64,000 nt of DNA from an uncultured bacterium (GCA_963729625.1 CAVSOU010000010.1:512001-576000); one strand, 5' to 3'. Counted from the first letter of the stretch, positions 32,789 to 43,460 are shown. Numbers and translations are program-made. Notes: a model not told the origin generated them from the letters alone.

Positions 32789-34591
32789 ATGGACCAGAAG
32801 CATATTCGGAACTTCTGCATCATCGCGCACATCGATCATGGCAAGTCCACACTTGCCGACCGTCTCCTGGAGGAGACGAACACAATTAGTAAGCGCGAGA
32901 TGGAAGAACAGGTGCTCGATCAGATGGACCTCGAGCGTGAGAAAGGCATCACGATAAAGGCCCAGGCTGTTCGTATGTCCTACGCGGCCGACGACGGCGA
33001 CGTCTACGAACTCAATCTGATCGATACTCCGGGGCACGTAGACTTTAACTACGAGGTATCGCGCAGTCTTGCCGCGTGTGAGGGCGCCATTCTTGTGGTC
33101 GACGCCAGCCAGGGAATCGAAGCGCAAACGCTTGCAAACATGTACCTCGCCTACGAGCAGAACCTGACAATCATTCCTGTGATCAACAAGATCGATCTGC
33201 CCAGCGCGGAGCCCGAGCGCGTGCGCGAGGAGATTCAGCGTGTCATTGGCCTTGACGCCGAGGACGTTCTCCTAATCAGCGCCAAGGCAGGTATCGGCAT
33301 CCACGAGGTGCTTGAAGCGATCGTGCGCATGGTGCCACCGCCGGAGGGCAATCTGAAGGCGCCCGTGCGAGCATTGATCTTCGACTCCAAGTACGACTCC
33401 TATCGCGGAGTTGTGGCGTACGTCCGCATGCGCGACGGCGAATTGCCGACCGGGGCCCGTATCAGTCTCATGTTTTCGGGTGCGGTCAGCGACATGATGG
33501 ACCTTGGCAGTTTCAGGCCGATGCTCACTCCCCTGCCTGAGCTCGTGGCCGGCGAGGTTGGATATATTGCGACCGGCCTCAAGAACGTCAAGGACTGCCA
33601 GGTTGGTGACACTATCACGCTGGCCGAAGATCCGGCATCCGAGCCTCTCCCGGGCTACAAGGCCGCGCAGCCGATGGTGTTTGCCGGTATTTACCCGATT
33701 AATGGCGAAGACTACCCGCTCGTACGCGACGCCCTCGACCGCCTTCAGCTCAATGATGCAAGCCTCACGTACGAACCGGAGAGCTCGATAGCCTTGGGCT
33801 TCGGCTATCGATGCGGGTTTCTCGGCTTGCTGCACATGGAGATTATCCAGGAGCGACTCGAGCGCGAGTATAATCTCGAGCTCCTGGCCACGGCCCCCAG
33901 CGTGGAGTATCTGGTGAAGCGGACAGACGGGTCCGAGGTCAAGATTGACAACCCCGCGCAATTGCCCCCAGTGGGCGAGATTGCCGTGATTTCGGAACCG
34001 TGGGTGAAGGCCAGTATCTTCACGCCGACGGACTACATCGGGACAGTCATGGAGCTGAACCGGACGCATCGTGGGGTGTTCGGCCATATGTCATACATCG
34101 ACGAGCATCGCGTACAGATCGACTACGACGTGCCCCTATCCGAGCTGATCGTCGATTACTACGATCAACTGAAATCCAAGACGCAGGGCTACGCGTCGCT
34201 CGATTACACGATAACGGGCTACCGCGAAGGGAAGCTCGTCAGGCTCGACATCCTCGTCAATGGATCGCCCGTGGACGCCCTATCAATGATTACGCATGCC
34301 GACAAGGCCTATACAATTGGCCGTCAGTTGGTAGACAAGTTGCGCACGATCATTCCACGCCAGTTGTTTGAGGTGCCGATTCAGGCCGCCGTCGGCACGC
34401 GAATCATAGCGCGAGAGACCATCCGCGCCATGCGAAAGGATGTGCTGGCCAAGTGCTATGGCGGCGATATTACGCGAAAGCGAAAGCTGCTTGAGAAACA
34501 GAAGGAAGGTAAGGCGCGCATGAAGCGCGTGGGCAACGTCGAGATCCCTCAGGAGGCATTCATGGCCGTTCTTTCCCTGGCTGATGAGTAG
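32789..34591 (+). CDS. lepA: translation elongation factor 4 (LepA)
   Basis: [49 protein letters not shown]; AGGAG RBS. Confidence 0.98.
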   Translation: MDQKHIRNFCIIAHIDHGKSTLADRLLEETNTISKREMEEQVLDQMDLEREKGITIKAQAVRMSYAADDGDVYELNLIDTPGHVDFNYEVSRSLAACEGAILVVDASQGIEAQTLANMYLAYEQNLTIIPVINKIDLPSAEPERVREEIQRVIGLDAEDVLLISAKAGIGIHEVLEAIVRMVPPPEGNLKAPVRALIFDSKYDSYRGVVAYVRMRDGELPTGARISLMFSGAVSDMMDLGSFRPMLTPLPELVAGEVGYIATGLKNVKDCQVGDTITLAEDPASEPLPGYKAAQPMVFAGIYPINGEDYPLVRDALDRLQLNDASLTYEPESSIALGFGYRCGFLGLLHMEIIQERLEREYNLELLATAPSVEYLVKRTDGSEVKIDNPAQLPPVGEIAVISEPWVKASIFTPTDYIGTVMELNRTHRGVFGHMSYIDEHRVQIDYDVPLSELIVDYYDQLKSKTQGYASLDYTITGYREGKLVRLDILVNGSPVDALSMITHADKAYTIGRQLVDKLRTIIPRQLFEVPIQAAVGTRIIARETIRAMRKDVLAKCYGGDITRKRKLLEKQKEGKARMKRVGNVEIPQEAFMAVLSLADE

Positions 34592-34730
34592 CACGCTCCA
34601 AGGAGACCCGCATTGCGATAGACTGGTGCTGTCCACAAGGCACGACGTCGCAGAGGTCTGGCTCGTGGTACATCGCCTAGTGGACACGGGAATTCTGAGT
34701 TTGCTCGAAGGCGCGTGGAGGTAGAAGCGT

Positions 34731-35006
34731 ATGGTGGAGCCAAGCAGGGAACAAGTCCTGATCCGCATCCACGACCAGGTCGCGGACTACGTTAAGCAAC
34801 TTGACGACCTCATGCGTGGGCTCGACCCAGAAGAAGCGGCGTCACTGGTCGGTCAGGCACGTCATCTGCTTACCGTTGCAACGTTTCTTCGCGACGCCAC
34901 GCTTGACCTGCTGGAGACCGCCGGGTCGCCCGTCGACGAAGACGCCATGGACGCCGGTCCAGGCGAGCCGCCTGCTCACCGTCCGGAGCCAATCGACGCT
35001 GAATGA
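34731..35006 (+). CDS. hypothetical helical protein
   Basis: GGAGG RBS; 91 aa, amphipathic helices. Confidence 0.65.
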   Translation: MVEPSREQVLIRIHDQVADYVKQLDDLMRGLDPEEAASLVGQARHLLTVATFLRDATLDLLETAGSPVDEDAMDAGPGEPPAHRPEPIDAE

Positions 35007-35078
35007 TGGCGCCCGATTCGGGTATGCCGAGTGGGAACGCGGCCACGGCGCACGTGCAGGCCATATGGCTGCAATCGG

Positions 35079-36017
35079 TCAGTCGTGGACCCAAGGCAAG
35101 CGGCTGTTTGGACTATGCGGCCGGCCGTGATTTGGCGTGCCGACGGCCAACCTGGTCTGGCGTGCCGTCTCATACAAGACCGGCTGCCGTATAATAGCGA
35201 GCGCAATGGCAAGTAATGCGAAGCCAAGAATGTATCCGCCAAGAACGTCACTTGGCCAGTGCCACGCGTAGAGCACCATGGCCAGGCCAACAACGGAAAG
35301 CGGCGCACACAGGGCGAGGGCAAATAGATCGCCCACAAGGGGCACGTCTGCTCGGAGACAGAGCCAGATGAGCAGTCCCACCGAGAACGTGGCTCGCGCG
35401 GTCGTGCCGCTCGGATAGCTTGAGATCAGATTGACCGTAATGCCGCCTGCCTTGGAAGCCAGCGCTTGCACACTGTCGGGAGCAGAGTGTTGGAGCCAAC
35501 CGGCGACGGTCTTGCTACCCGCGCCGTGAACGAGCGACGAGATTGTAACGGACGCCTCCTGGTTGCCCAGACCATCGGGCTGTGGAAGGGCAGCTTTGCA
35601 GATAACCTCGATCGGCCATGATGCGAAGCCGATCAGTGTGGCCCACGTGCGACGGAACCCGAGCAGCCACATCGTGAGGATGCCGGCTGCGGTCACTGCT
35701 CCGACAAAAGCGGCATCGCCCAGGTGTACAAGCGGATGGACCATTGCAAGGATATGTGTGTGGTCCCGCGCCGGTATCAGGTGGGCCACGATTCGAAGAT
35801 CGTAATGCGTGAAGGTTCCGGCTACCCGGAACAGTGTGCTGGTGAGAAACGCCAGGCTGAGCACGATCGCTGCAGCCAGCGCCAGCGGCGATGACCGGTA
35901 GCCGCGGAGAACGGCGACTGCCTCCAGCCCGCCTGATCCGTGCAGGCCTGGTCTGGCCGCAGGCTCCTGGCTTGGAAGTGGCATTGCGACGAAGGCCTTC
36001 CTTGTGCCGGACATCAA
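35079..36017 (-). CDS. PAP2-like membrane protein with degenerate catalytic motifs
   Basis: Multi-TM; KAALPQP, SYPSGT, HWPSDVLGG. Confidence 0.75.
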   Translation of the reverse strand: MMSGTRKAFVAMPLPSQEPAARPGLHGSGGLEAVAVLRGYRSSPLALAAAIVLSLAFLTSTLFRVAGTFTHYDLRIVAHLIPARDHTHILAMVHPLVHLGDAAFVGAVTAAGILTMWLLGFRRTWATLIGFASWPIEVICKAALPQPDGLGNQEASVTISSLVHGAGSKTVAGWLQHSAPDSVQALASKAGGITVNLISSYPSGTTARATFSVGLLIWLCLRADVPLVGDLFALALCAPLSVVGLAMVLYAWHWPSDVLGGYILGFALLAIALAIIRQPVLYETARQTRLAVGTPNHGRPHSPNSRLPWVHD

Positions 36018-36171
36018 ATTCAGCTCTCAGCGTACTGCGCTGGCTTCCAACGAGCAACGACATTGCAGCCGGCTCAGCAACAGCCCACCCTGCTTTTCTG
36101 ATGCCGAGCACGGGTGTACAATGCAACCACATTCCTCCTCGAGTGCCGTCCGCTGGAAGTGAGGTCGTACC

Positions 36172-36639
36172 ATGGCGGTTAAGGTGTTTGTCGAGAGCGT
36201 GCGGATCAATCTGGCTAACAACTCGCGAGTCGTACTGCTTAAGGACTCCAAGATCGACCGCTACCTCCTCATCCATATTGGCGAATGGGAGTCTTTCGCT
36301 ATTGCCGCCGAATTGCAGGGGCACAAGCCGGCTCGGCCGTTCACGCATGATCTGCTGACTAACATCCTCGAGCAGCTGAACGCTCATGTCGAGAGTGTCC
36401 TCATTCATAGTCTCGAGAATGACGTGTTCTTCGCGACGATCACGCTTGAACGTGACGGGAAGAAGCTGGAAATCGACGCTCGACCAAGTGATTCGATCGC
36501 CCTCGCCGTTCGCTGCGACGCAGCGATCTTTGTTGAAGAGGTCGTATTTGAGCAGGCCGGCCTGAAGGTGGCCAGCAAGGATCAGGACGACGAAAAGCTC
36601 GCGGTATTTAGAGATTTCGTCAATCAGCTGGACTTCTGA
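36172..36639 (+). CDS. bifunctional nuclease family protein (DUF151)
   Basis: RVVLLK, IHIGEWE..AI, RPFTHDLL, IDARPSDSIALAVR. Confidence 0.93.
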   Translation: MAVKVFVESVRINLANNSRVVLLKDSKIDRYLLIHIGEWESFAIAAELQGHKPARPFTHDLLTNILEQLNAHVESVLIHSLENDVFFATITLERDGKKLEIDARPSDSIALAVRCDAAIFVEEVVFEQAGLKVASKDQDDEKLAVFRDFVNQLDF

Positions 36640-37613
36640 TGCTCGTCATCTCGGAAGACCAGGTCGACCGTCTCCTGCCTGTAGCTGCCGCCATTGGTAT
36701 TGTTCGGCAGGCCTATGCGGCGTTCTCGCGCGGCGAAGTGATCTGCCCACAGCGACTGCCTCTCCCACTGAAGCCCGAAAACGCCGTATTGTTGAGCATG
36801 CCGGCGTTCGATGGACATCGCTACGCCGGCGTCAAGGTGGTCGGCGTGCAGCCGTCAAACGCCGCGAGATCGCTTCCGACGGTACAAGCGAGCTATATGT
36901 TGTTCGACGGCTTGACTTGCGAGCTGCTTGCCGTGATGGGAGCGACCCGCCTGACCGCGATACGCACCGGCGCGGCCGGCGGCGTAGCGGCGTCGCTTCT
37001 GGCACTTCGTGACGCGTCGACCCTGGCGTTGATCGGCGCCGGAGCCCAGGCTGAAACTCAGATGGTCGCCGTTTTGGCGGTTCGGCCGATTCGCGATGTG
37101 TGGGTAATGAGTGCCTCCCAAGCGGAGACAGCCGGCTTCGTCGCGCGCATGAAGGGCCAAGTCTCGGCCCGGTTGCACGGAGCCCAATCCAGCAAGCAGG
37201 CGCTCGAGAGTGCGGACATCGTCGTCACGGCTACAAATTCGAAAACGCCCGTGTTCGCCGACTCGGACGTGAAGCCTGGGTGCCACATCACCGGCATTGG
37301 TGCGTTCACCGCGACAATGCAGGAGATACCGGACGCCACGATCGCGCGAGCGGCAGTCTACGTGGATGCCAACGAGGCTGCCTGGAACGAATCGGGCGAG
37401 CTGGGTGGGAGCTACGCCAGAGGCGTGATCTCGCGCAACCACGTCGTGGGCGAGATTGGCGCCCTTATCGACGGGCGTGTTCCTGGTAGACGTGACGAGA
37501 AGCAAATCACTGTGTTCAAGTCGGTTGGGCTCGCGGCACAGGACCTCGAGTGTGCCGCCGCCGTTTACGAGCGCGCGCGGGATGCCGGTATCGGCATTGA
37601 AGTCGCAGTCTGA
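36639..37613 (+). CDS. ornithine cyclodeaminase / mu-crystallin family protein
   Basis: LSMPA, GVKVV, LTAIRTGA, GAGAQA, FKSVGLA.QD; TGATG stop/start overlap with the nuclease gene. Confidence 0.92.
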   Translation: MLVISEDQVDRLLPVAAAIGIVRQAYAAFSRGEVICPQRLPLPLKPENAVLLSMPAFDGHRYAGVKVVGVQPSNAARSLPTVQASYMLFDGLTCELLAVMGATRLTAIRTGAAGGVAASLLALRDASTLALIGAGAQAETQMVAVLAVRPIRDVWVMSASQAETAGFVARMKGQVSARLHGAQSSKQALESADIVVTATNSKTPVFADSDVKPGCHITGIGAFTATMQEIPDATIARAAVYVDANEAAWNESGELGGSYARGVISRNHVVGEIGALIDGRVPGRRDEKQITVFKSVGLAAQDLECAAAVYERARDAGIGIEVAV

Positions 37614-37708
37614 CACTCGAGCAGCAACCGATCAGAGGCAGCGGTGATCGCGTTACGAAGAACCCGTCCGCCTGAATGGTGTCGTCTCACAGCGAGTTGG
37701 GGGATGTG

Positions 37709-38545
37709 ATGAAGGAGCTGGCCTACAAGGTGAAGCCAGGGGAAGACCTCGATCTTCACGGTATCGATCCCGGAGACACTCACGGCGTGGCGCGTCCCGA
37801 GGCCGAAGCGCAGATCGCCAAGGTACACGACGAGCTGACGTCGCTCCAGGAGATCCACTATGCGGCCGGGCAGAACGGCATCCTGCTCGTGCTCCAGGGC
37901 CTGGACACCGCCGGGAAAGATGGAACTATCCGCCACGTCATGGCCGCATTTAACCCTGCCAGTTGCCGTGTCGAGTCCTTCAAGGTGCCGACACCGGAAG
38001 AACGCGCGCACGACTTTCTCTGGCGCATCCATCGCGTGACCCCGCCGCTCGGCTCTATCTCCATTTTCAATCGATCGCACTACGAAGATGTACTCGTGAC
38101 GCGGGTCCACGGGCTCGTCCCCGAGCGCGTGATCACCGCGCGTTACGCGCAGATCAATGCGTTCGAGAACCTGCTCGCCGAGGCGGGCACAATTGTCGTC
38201 AAGTTCTTCCTGTATATCTCAAGGAACGAACAGCGCGACAGACTGCTTGCGAGGGAAGCAGACCACAGCAAGTCCTGGAAACTCTCGACGTCCGACTGGC
38301 CAGAGCACGAGCTGTACGATGACTATGTCCAGGCGTATAAACTTGCTTTGGGCACGTGCTCGACGAAATCGGCTCCTTGGTATGTCGTTCCATCGGACAA
38401 GAAATGGTATCGAAACCACGCGGTGGCGCAGATCGTCGCCGACACGATGCGCGGCCATAGTGATCGATGGCGGAAGGAGCTCGATGAGCGCGGAAAGCGC
38501 CAACTTGCCGCTATCACGGCGCTGAAACAGAGCAAGAACCGCTAG
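37709..38545 (+). CDS. polyphosphate kinase 2 family protein (class III-like)
   Basis: LQGLDTAGKDGTI, FKVPT.EE..HDFLWR, FNRSHYEDVLV, APWYVVPSDKKW. Confidence 0.93.
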   Translation: MKELAYKVKPGEDLDLHGIDPGDTHGVARPEAEAQIAKVHDELTSLQEIHYAAGQNGILLVLQGLDTAGKDGTIRHVMAAFNPASCRVESFKVPTPEERAHDFLWRIHRVTPPLGSISIFNRSHYEDVLVTRVHGLVPERVITARYAQINAFENLLAEAGTIVVKFFLYISRNEQRDRLLAREADHSKSWKLSTSDWPEHELYDDYVQAYKLALGTCSTKSAPWYVVPSDKKWYRNHAVAQIVADTMRGHSDRWRKELDERGKRQLAAITALKQSKNR

Positions 38546-38577
38546 ACCGAACGGCTAGTTCGAATCCCAGCGCCGAC

Positions 38578-39918
38578 TTACTCTTGATCTCTGCGTGCTA
38601 CGCGTTCACGTCTTGTGAGGCGGCGTGACGTGGGCTCGTCCACTACATCTCCCCAGATCAGCTCCGCGTCGGCGATATAGACCGTATCGCCGTCGGCGAC
38701 TCCGGCATGCTCCAGAGCGCGAGTCACGCCGAATCGCCGGAGGAGCGCCTGCAACCGGTTGAGGCTCTCATCGGATGTCATATCTGTCATTAACATCGAC
38801 CGCTCTGCCCGACGGCTGTGGACGCGGAATACATGATCCTCGATACGCTCGATGCGCAACGCATCAAGCTGCGGAGGAATGATGATGTGTTCAGCCACCG
38901 GGAGCAAATCCGCGTTCCGTGCTCGAGCGGCAACGAGCAACTGCCTGACGCGCCGACCCATATCCTGGATACCTTGGCCCGTTGCCGCACTGATCGCGTA
39001 TGCCTCGAGTCTTCGTTCGTCGAGCGCGGCCTCGATCTCTGGCCACTGCGCTCGAGCGACTGGGAGGTCCATCTTGTTCACGGCAATGATTTGAGGCCTG
39101 TCGCGCAGATCGGCGCTGTAGAGCGCCAGCTCGCTATTGATCACTTCGATGTGAGCCAGGACCTGTGCGACATCGCCATCTGAGCCGTCTACGACGTGGA
39201 TGAGCACGCTCGTCCGCTCTATGTGTCGCAGAAATTCGTGGCCCAGGCCCAGCCCGTCGTGAGCGCCCTCAATCAGCCCCGGGATGTCCGCGATTACGTA
39301 GCTGTAGTCATCGCTCACCGATACTCCAAGATTAGGAGACACGGTGGTGAACGGATAGTCGGCAATCTTCGGCCGCGCGGCAGTCATGCTCGACAGCAAC
39401 GTCGACTTTCCAGCATTCGGAAGTCCGGCCAGGCCAACGTCCGCAATGAGCTTGAGCTCGAGGAGCAGGGTCCGCTCTTCGCCAGGCTCTCCCTTTTCGG
39501 CGATACGTGGCGCCTGGTAGGTAGGCGTAGCGAAATGCGTATTCCCGAGCCCGCCTCGGCCGCCGCGCGCGACCATAAGCCGTTGACCCGGCTCGGCAAG
39601 ATCACCCAGCACCGCATCCGTGTCCGAGTCTCGCACCAATGTGCCAACGGGCACGGGTAGCAGGAGGTCATCCCCGGCGCTGCCGTGTCGCCTGCGCAGC
39701 GATCCATTGCCGCCCGGCGTGGCGCGGTGGTGCCGGTGTAGGGCGTAGTGGTGCAGCGTGTTGATGGAAGGGTCCGCCACGGCATAGACGCTGCCACCGC
39801 GCCCGCCATCGCCGCCGTCGGGACCGCCCTTGGGAACGTACTTCTCTCGTCGAAAGTGCAGAGATCCGGCGCCGCCCGACCCGGCGCGCACAAAGATCTT
39901 TACCTCATCACGAAACAC
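38578..39918 (-). CDS. obgE: GTPase ObgE with C-terminal OCT/DUF1967 region
   Basis: FRREKYVPKGGPDGGDGG, GLPNAGKST, ADYPFTT, DIPGLIEGA, NKMD. Confidence 0.97.
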   Translation of the reverse strand: MFRDEVKIFVRAGSGGAGSLHFRREKYVPKGGPDGGDGGRGGSVYAVADPSINTLHHYALHRHHRATPGGNGSLRRRHGSAGDDLLLPVPVGTLVRDSDTDAVLGDLAEPGQRLMVARGGRGGLGNTHFATPTYQAPRIAEKGEPGEERTLLLELKLIADVGLAGLPNAGKSTLLSSMTAARPKIADYPFTTVSPNLGVSVSDDYSYVIADIPGLIEGAHDGLGLGHEFLRHIERTSVLIHVVDGSDGDVAQVLAHIEVINSELALYSADLRDRPQIIAVNKMDLPVARAQWPEIEAALDERRLEAYAISAATGQGIQDMGRRVRQLLVAARARNADLLPVAEHIIIPPQLDALRIERIEDHVFRVHSRRAERSMLMTDMTSDESLNRLQALLRRFGVTRALEHAGVADGDTVYIADAELIWGDVVDEPTSRRLTRRERVARRDQE

Positions 39919-42064
39919 GTGACTCCATCAGTAGCGAGGTTAGGCCGAGCACAGGCTTCCGAACCTGCCTGCGCAGCAAGCCGAGGCGGGCCGGATTACT
40001 CATATAGACTGCAAGCACGACGCCCTTAGCCACCGGCGCGACCAGCATGGCCGCTTTCTCTGACTCAATGGCGAGGTAGTGCGGCTCACCAAGGCCAAGG
40101 TTGCCGGTCTCACGCACGGAGTTCTGCATCGCGGCCGCAATACTGCCGTCAAGGCTCATATCGCCATTTTCCGCACCCTGAGCGGCAAGCAGAACGCCTT
40201 GCGGCGCGATGAGGCGCACGAATACAACGTCGGTCGAGCCTGCCAGGTCGCGCATCAGATCGTGAGCACGGGTCTCCTGGATAGGAGAAATGTGCACCGA
40301 AGCGCCACCTGTTTCGCCTGACGCCCGTACGTCAGCTCCAACCCTCACGTGGCCGGCAGAAATCTCACTTGACGCCACTGGCTCATCAGCCAGAACAACT
40401 GTCTCCGATTCGCCCACGATGCCCCGTAGCGCGGCATCAATGGAGTCAGCATCCATAACCGTTGCATCCGGCATTGGCTGCGCGCTTGATCGCGGCTCCG
40501 CCTCCGGCTCGAGCGCTGCTACTAAGCCTGCCCTGGCATGAGACTCAGGAACATCGTATGCCGGCACAACGTGCGTCGAAGCAGACGCGGGTTGCGGTTC
40601 ATTTGATGGATCGGAGAGGTGCTCTGTCGTGTCTCCTCCCACAAGATCGAGTGGAATGGTCGATTCAGGGCCCTGAGCATCCAGGTCGAGGAGGACCTCA
40701 CCATCGATCAGCTCCGTGGTGGAAAACACGTGCGTTTCAAACCCAGTGTCGGGCAGGTCAAAGTCATCGACCGGGCGTGTCGCGTCGAGATCTGGCGCCT
40801 CGCGGTCCGACTCGATCCGCTCTACGGAGCCGCGATATGTCCCCGGGCCGAGCGCGCGATCGCCTGACTCCGCCTGCGCGTCAAGATCGGCTGCTTCTGT
40901 ACCCGTCCTGTAGGTGCGCGGGTCGATCACGTTGAGGAGGCTCGCACTGAAGGGTACAGCGCCGACTGGGCCGCTCTGCTGCGGCGTCGGCGGCAACGGC
41001 CCTGTTGTGAACTGGGGTTTCGGTTTCGCACCGGAGGCTGCTCCGGCAAAGTCGGCCACGGTGCCGGGAAGGCCGCGCGGAACCGACTCACCACGGAGTA
41101 TTGCTCGAATGTCCAGCGCTTGCGCTCCGGCAGCATCGACAGGCGCAGCCGCTGCACTCGCCTGTGTGAAAGACAGTGCAGGTTCAGCCGCGGCCTGGGC
41201 GGATTGTGACGGCATCGTAAACCCGCCGGCTACCGTACCGGGCAGACCAAGCCGGGGTCCAGACCCTGCAGGTCCTCCGGGTTCCGAACTCACTTTTCCC
41301 GGAAGACTCGGTCGCAAGCCGGGCCCGGGCTGCGCAGCCTGCTGGGAAGATGCTGGTGGCTTGGCGGACGGGGTCGGGCCGGGCACCTGCGGGGACAGAT
41401 CACGGCCAAGCGACCGCGCGGCAAGAGGACTCAGTCCTTCTCCCGATCCGCCCGGCTGCGGGCCGGTCCAGCCCTGCTCGTCGCGGGTACCGGGATGGGC
41501 GAGGCGCGACAGGCGCGACGCAGGTGACTGATCGAGCTGGCCACCCGGTAGGGCGCGCCCCGGGTCTTGCCGGGAAGATAACGCTCCGAAGCCCGGCGCG
41601 ACCGAAGGTCGGGTACTATCAGGCCTTTGGGTTTCAGCAGATGGCCAACTACCGGCGGCCGGGGACGCCGGCGGCAGAATCTGCCCCGGCTTGGCCGTTT
41701 CGACCCCTCCAGCCGCGAACGGCTGCTTGGTCGCCGCGGGCAAGATACGGCTGGTCTCAGCCGCGCTGCGGGCCGCGTCGCCAGGTGATGGCGCGGCCGC
41801 TGGTCGCGAAGCGCTCCTCCGATACTCGAGCAGCGGATCGTCGTCATCCGACGGCGGTGATATGACAACATCGCCCGTGGCCGCACGTGCGGGTAACGAT
41901 ATCTTCGACAGGCGCTCATGCAGGTCAAGGTCTGAAAAGTCGCTCGTCTGTGTCGCGGCGGAAGACCGCGCGCTGGCAAGTGACTGCCGTCGCAGCAGTA
42001 CCATAACGACGATCATCAGTGCGAGGACCACCGCCATCGCCACCACAATGATAGTGCTTGTCAA
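39908..42064 (-). CDS. N-terminally membrane-anchored Pro/Gly-rich protein with C-terminal Roadblock/LC7 (MglB-like) domain
   Basis: GGAGGG RBS; TM at residues ~4-24; long low-complexity middle; last ~120 aa DVVFVRLIAPQGVLLA...LGLGEP..LAIES...VVLAVY...ARLGLLR; stop overlaps the obgE start. Confidence 0.75.
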   Translation of the reverse strand: MTSTIIVVAMAVVLALMIVVMVLLRRQSLASARSSAATQTSDFSDLDLHERLSKISLPARAATGDVVISPPSDDDDPLLEYRRSASRPAAAPSPGDAARSAAETSRILPAATKQPFAAGGVETAKPGQILPPASPAAGSWPSAETQRPDSTRPSVAPGFGALSSRQDPGRALPGGQLDQSPASRLSRLAHPGTRDEQGWTGPQPGGSGEGLSPLAARSLGRDLSPQVPGPTPSAKPPASSQQAAQPGPGLRPSLPGKVSSEPGGPAGSGPRLGLPGTVAGGFTMPSQSAQAAAEPALSFTQASAAAAPVDAAGAQALDIRAILRGESVPRGLPGTVADFAGAASGAKPKPQFTTGPLPPTPQQSGPVGAVPFSASLLNVIDPRTYRTGTEAADLDAQAESGDRALGPGTYRGSVERIESDREAPDLDATRPVDDFDLPDTGFETHVFSTTELIDGEVLLDLDAQGPESTIPLDLVGGDTTEHLSDPSNEPQPASASTHVVPAYDVPESHARAGLVAALEPEAEPRSSAQPMPDATVMDADSIDAALRGIVGESETVVLADEPVASSEISAGHVRVGADVRASGETGGASVHISPIQETRAHDLMRDLAGSTDVVFVRLIAPQGVLLAAQGAENGDMSLDGSIAAAMQNSVRETGNLGLGEPHYLAIESEKAAMLVAPVAKGVVLAVYMSNPARLGLLRRQVRKPVLGLTSLLMESRVS

Positions 42065-42157
42065 GGATTAGCCCTCCACATTAGGAAGATGCTTTTGGAG
42101 CCGAGGCGAACACCGTGGCTGCATTGTAGCACGCCTTTAGGCCAACGTAACCCAGTA

Positions 42158-43447
42158 CTAACGGCCGTGAGCCGCGCCTCCGGAGGCGCCTGAAGAGGGC
42201 TGAGGTCCGATCCAGGCATGTGTCGCGACTCGCACGCCCGTCTCCTGTAACGTCGCCAGCAGCCGTGAGATTCCCTTCGCAGCCCCGGTCGGCGGCGGCA
42301 TCGAGTCGACGAACATCTCGCGGTCGATGTTGAGTGTTCGCACCTGCACCTCGTGAACGCCATACGTGCGGATAAGGTCGCAGAGCGCATCGACTTCGCC
42401 GCTGCAGTCTGTGTAGCCGGGGAACGTCAGGAGATTGAGCGCCACCCAGACTCCCTGGTCGGCACATAGTTTGATCGAATTGCGTACGTCGTCGAAGGAA
42501 TACCCCCGGGGCTTATAGTACGCCGCATAGTGGTCGTCGATCGCCGAGATGAGGCTGATGCGGATGCGTTGCAGGCCGGAATTCACTACAGCTTTCAGCC
42601 CGCGCGTGTGCCAGCCATTCGTGTTCATGTTGATGCAGCCCCCATTCGGCGCCGCGGCCGGCAGGCGTGCGCGCACGCTCGCGATTGCTTGGGCGACTGC
42701 CCGCCAACGGTTGAGCGGCTCCCCCTCGCAACCCTGACCAAAGCTAATCATGCGATGTGGTCCGCCACTGAGATGAGCAAGGGCAAGGTCAGCCATCTGA
42801 TCTGGCGTTGGCTGCAAGAGAAGGCGGGTCTGAGGTGATGGCACGGAGCCGCGCTGCTCGGAGATGCAGCCAATACACTGTGCGGAGCACGACCGTGACG
42901 AAGGCAGCGCGCCTTCCCAACGCTCGTAGAACACGTTTTGAGCTGTATAGCAACCGTATTCGAGGGCGCACAACGAGAGCTGCTCGATGAGTGGGCCTTG
43001 CGCATCCCGGGAAATGCGGGCGTCGACGAGCGCCTTTAGCTCAGGAGTCGAGTAGTCGTCGGGATTCCACGTTCCGGGCGCGTCGATCGGCTCGCAGGAA
43101 GCGCAGATCTCACCGTCAACAGAAGCCACTGCAGTGTAGCCGAACAGCGGCAGGTACGGTGCACCGACCGGCTTGCGGTACGCGGGCAACACAATCCGCG
43201 CGTACCCGGTGGGTAGCAGCGCGCCCACAGCCAGATCGATCTCGGGGCTCAGTGTGCGCAGGTTGCCCTTCGCGTCGTATCCCTGCGCCGTACACCCCGG
43301 CAGCTGGCACATCGTGGCGCCGTGCGGCAGGGGACGCCATGTGCACGCCCGCTGCGGTCCATGAAACGTGAGCGCGGCCGGCAGAAGCCCTGGGTGTTCA
43401 AGCAGGGTCCCGTCTGGGCGGGCGTACAGCAATCGAGCATGTGACAT
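42158..43447 (-). CDS. radical SAM protein of unknown function
   Basis: CSAQCIGC (CxxxCxxC), SFGQGCEGEP, NMNTNG, RISL; extra LCALEYGC. Confidence 0.9.
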   Translation of the reverse strand: MSHARLLYARPDGTLLEHPGLLPAALTFHGPQRACTWRPLPHGATMCQLPGCTAQGYDAKGNLRTLSPEIDLAVGALLPTGYARIVLPAYRKPVGAPYLPLFGYTAVASVDGEICASCEPIDAPGTWNPDDYSTPELKALVDARISRDAQGPLIEQLSLCALEYGCYTAQNVFYERWEGALPSSRSCSAQCIGCISEQRGSVPSPQTRLLLQPTPDQMADLALAHLSGGPHRMISFGQGCEGEPLNRWRAVAQAIASVRARLPAAAPNGGCINMNTNGWHTRGLKAVVNSGLQRIRISLISAIDDHYAAYYKPRGYSFDDVRNSIKLCADQGVWVALNLLTFPGYTDCSGEVDALCDLIRTYGVHEVQVRTLNIDREMFVDSMPPPTGAAKGISRLLATLQETGVRVATHAWIGPQPSSGASGGAAHGR

Positions 43448-43450
43448 CAG

Positions 43451-43460
43451 TGCTATAATA
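43451..43460. promoter_or_regulatory. overlapping divergent -10 elements (gatC and radical SAM)
   Basis: + strand TGCTATAAT (extended -10); - strand TATTAT 7 nt before ATG 43447. Confidence 0.55.
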
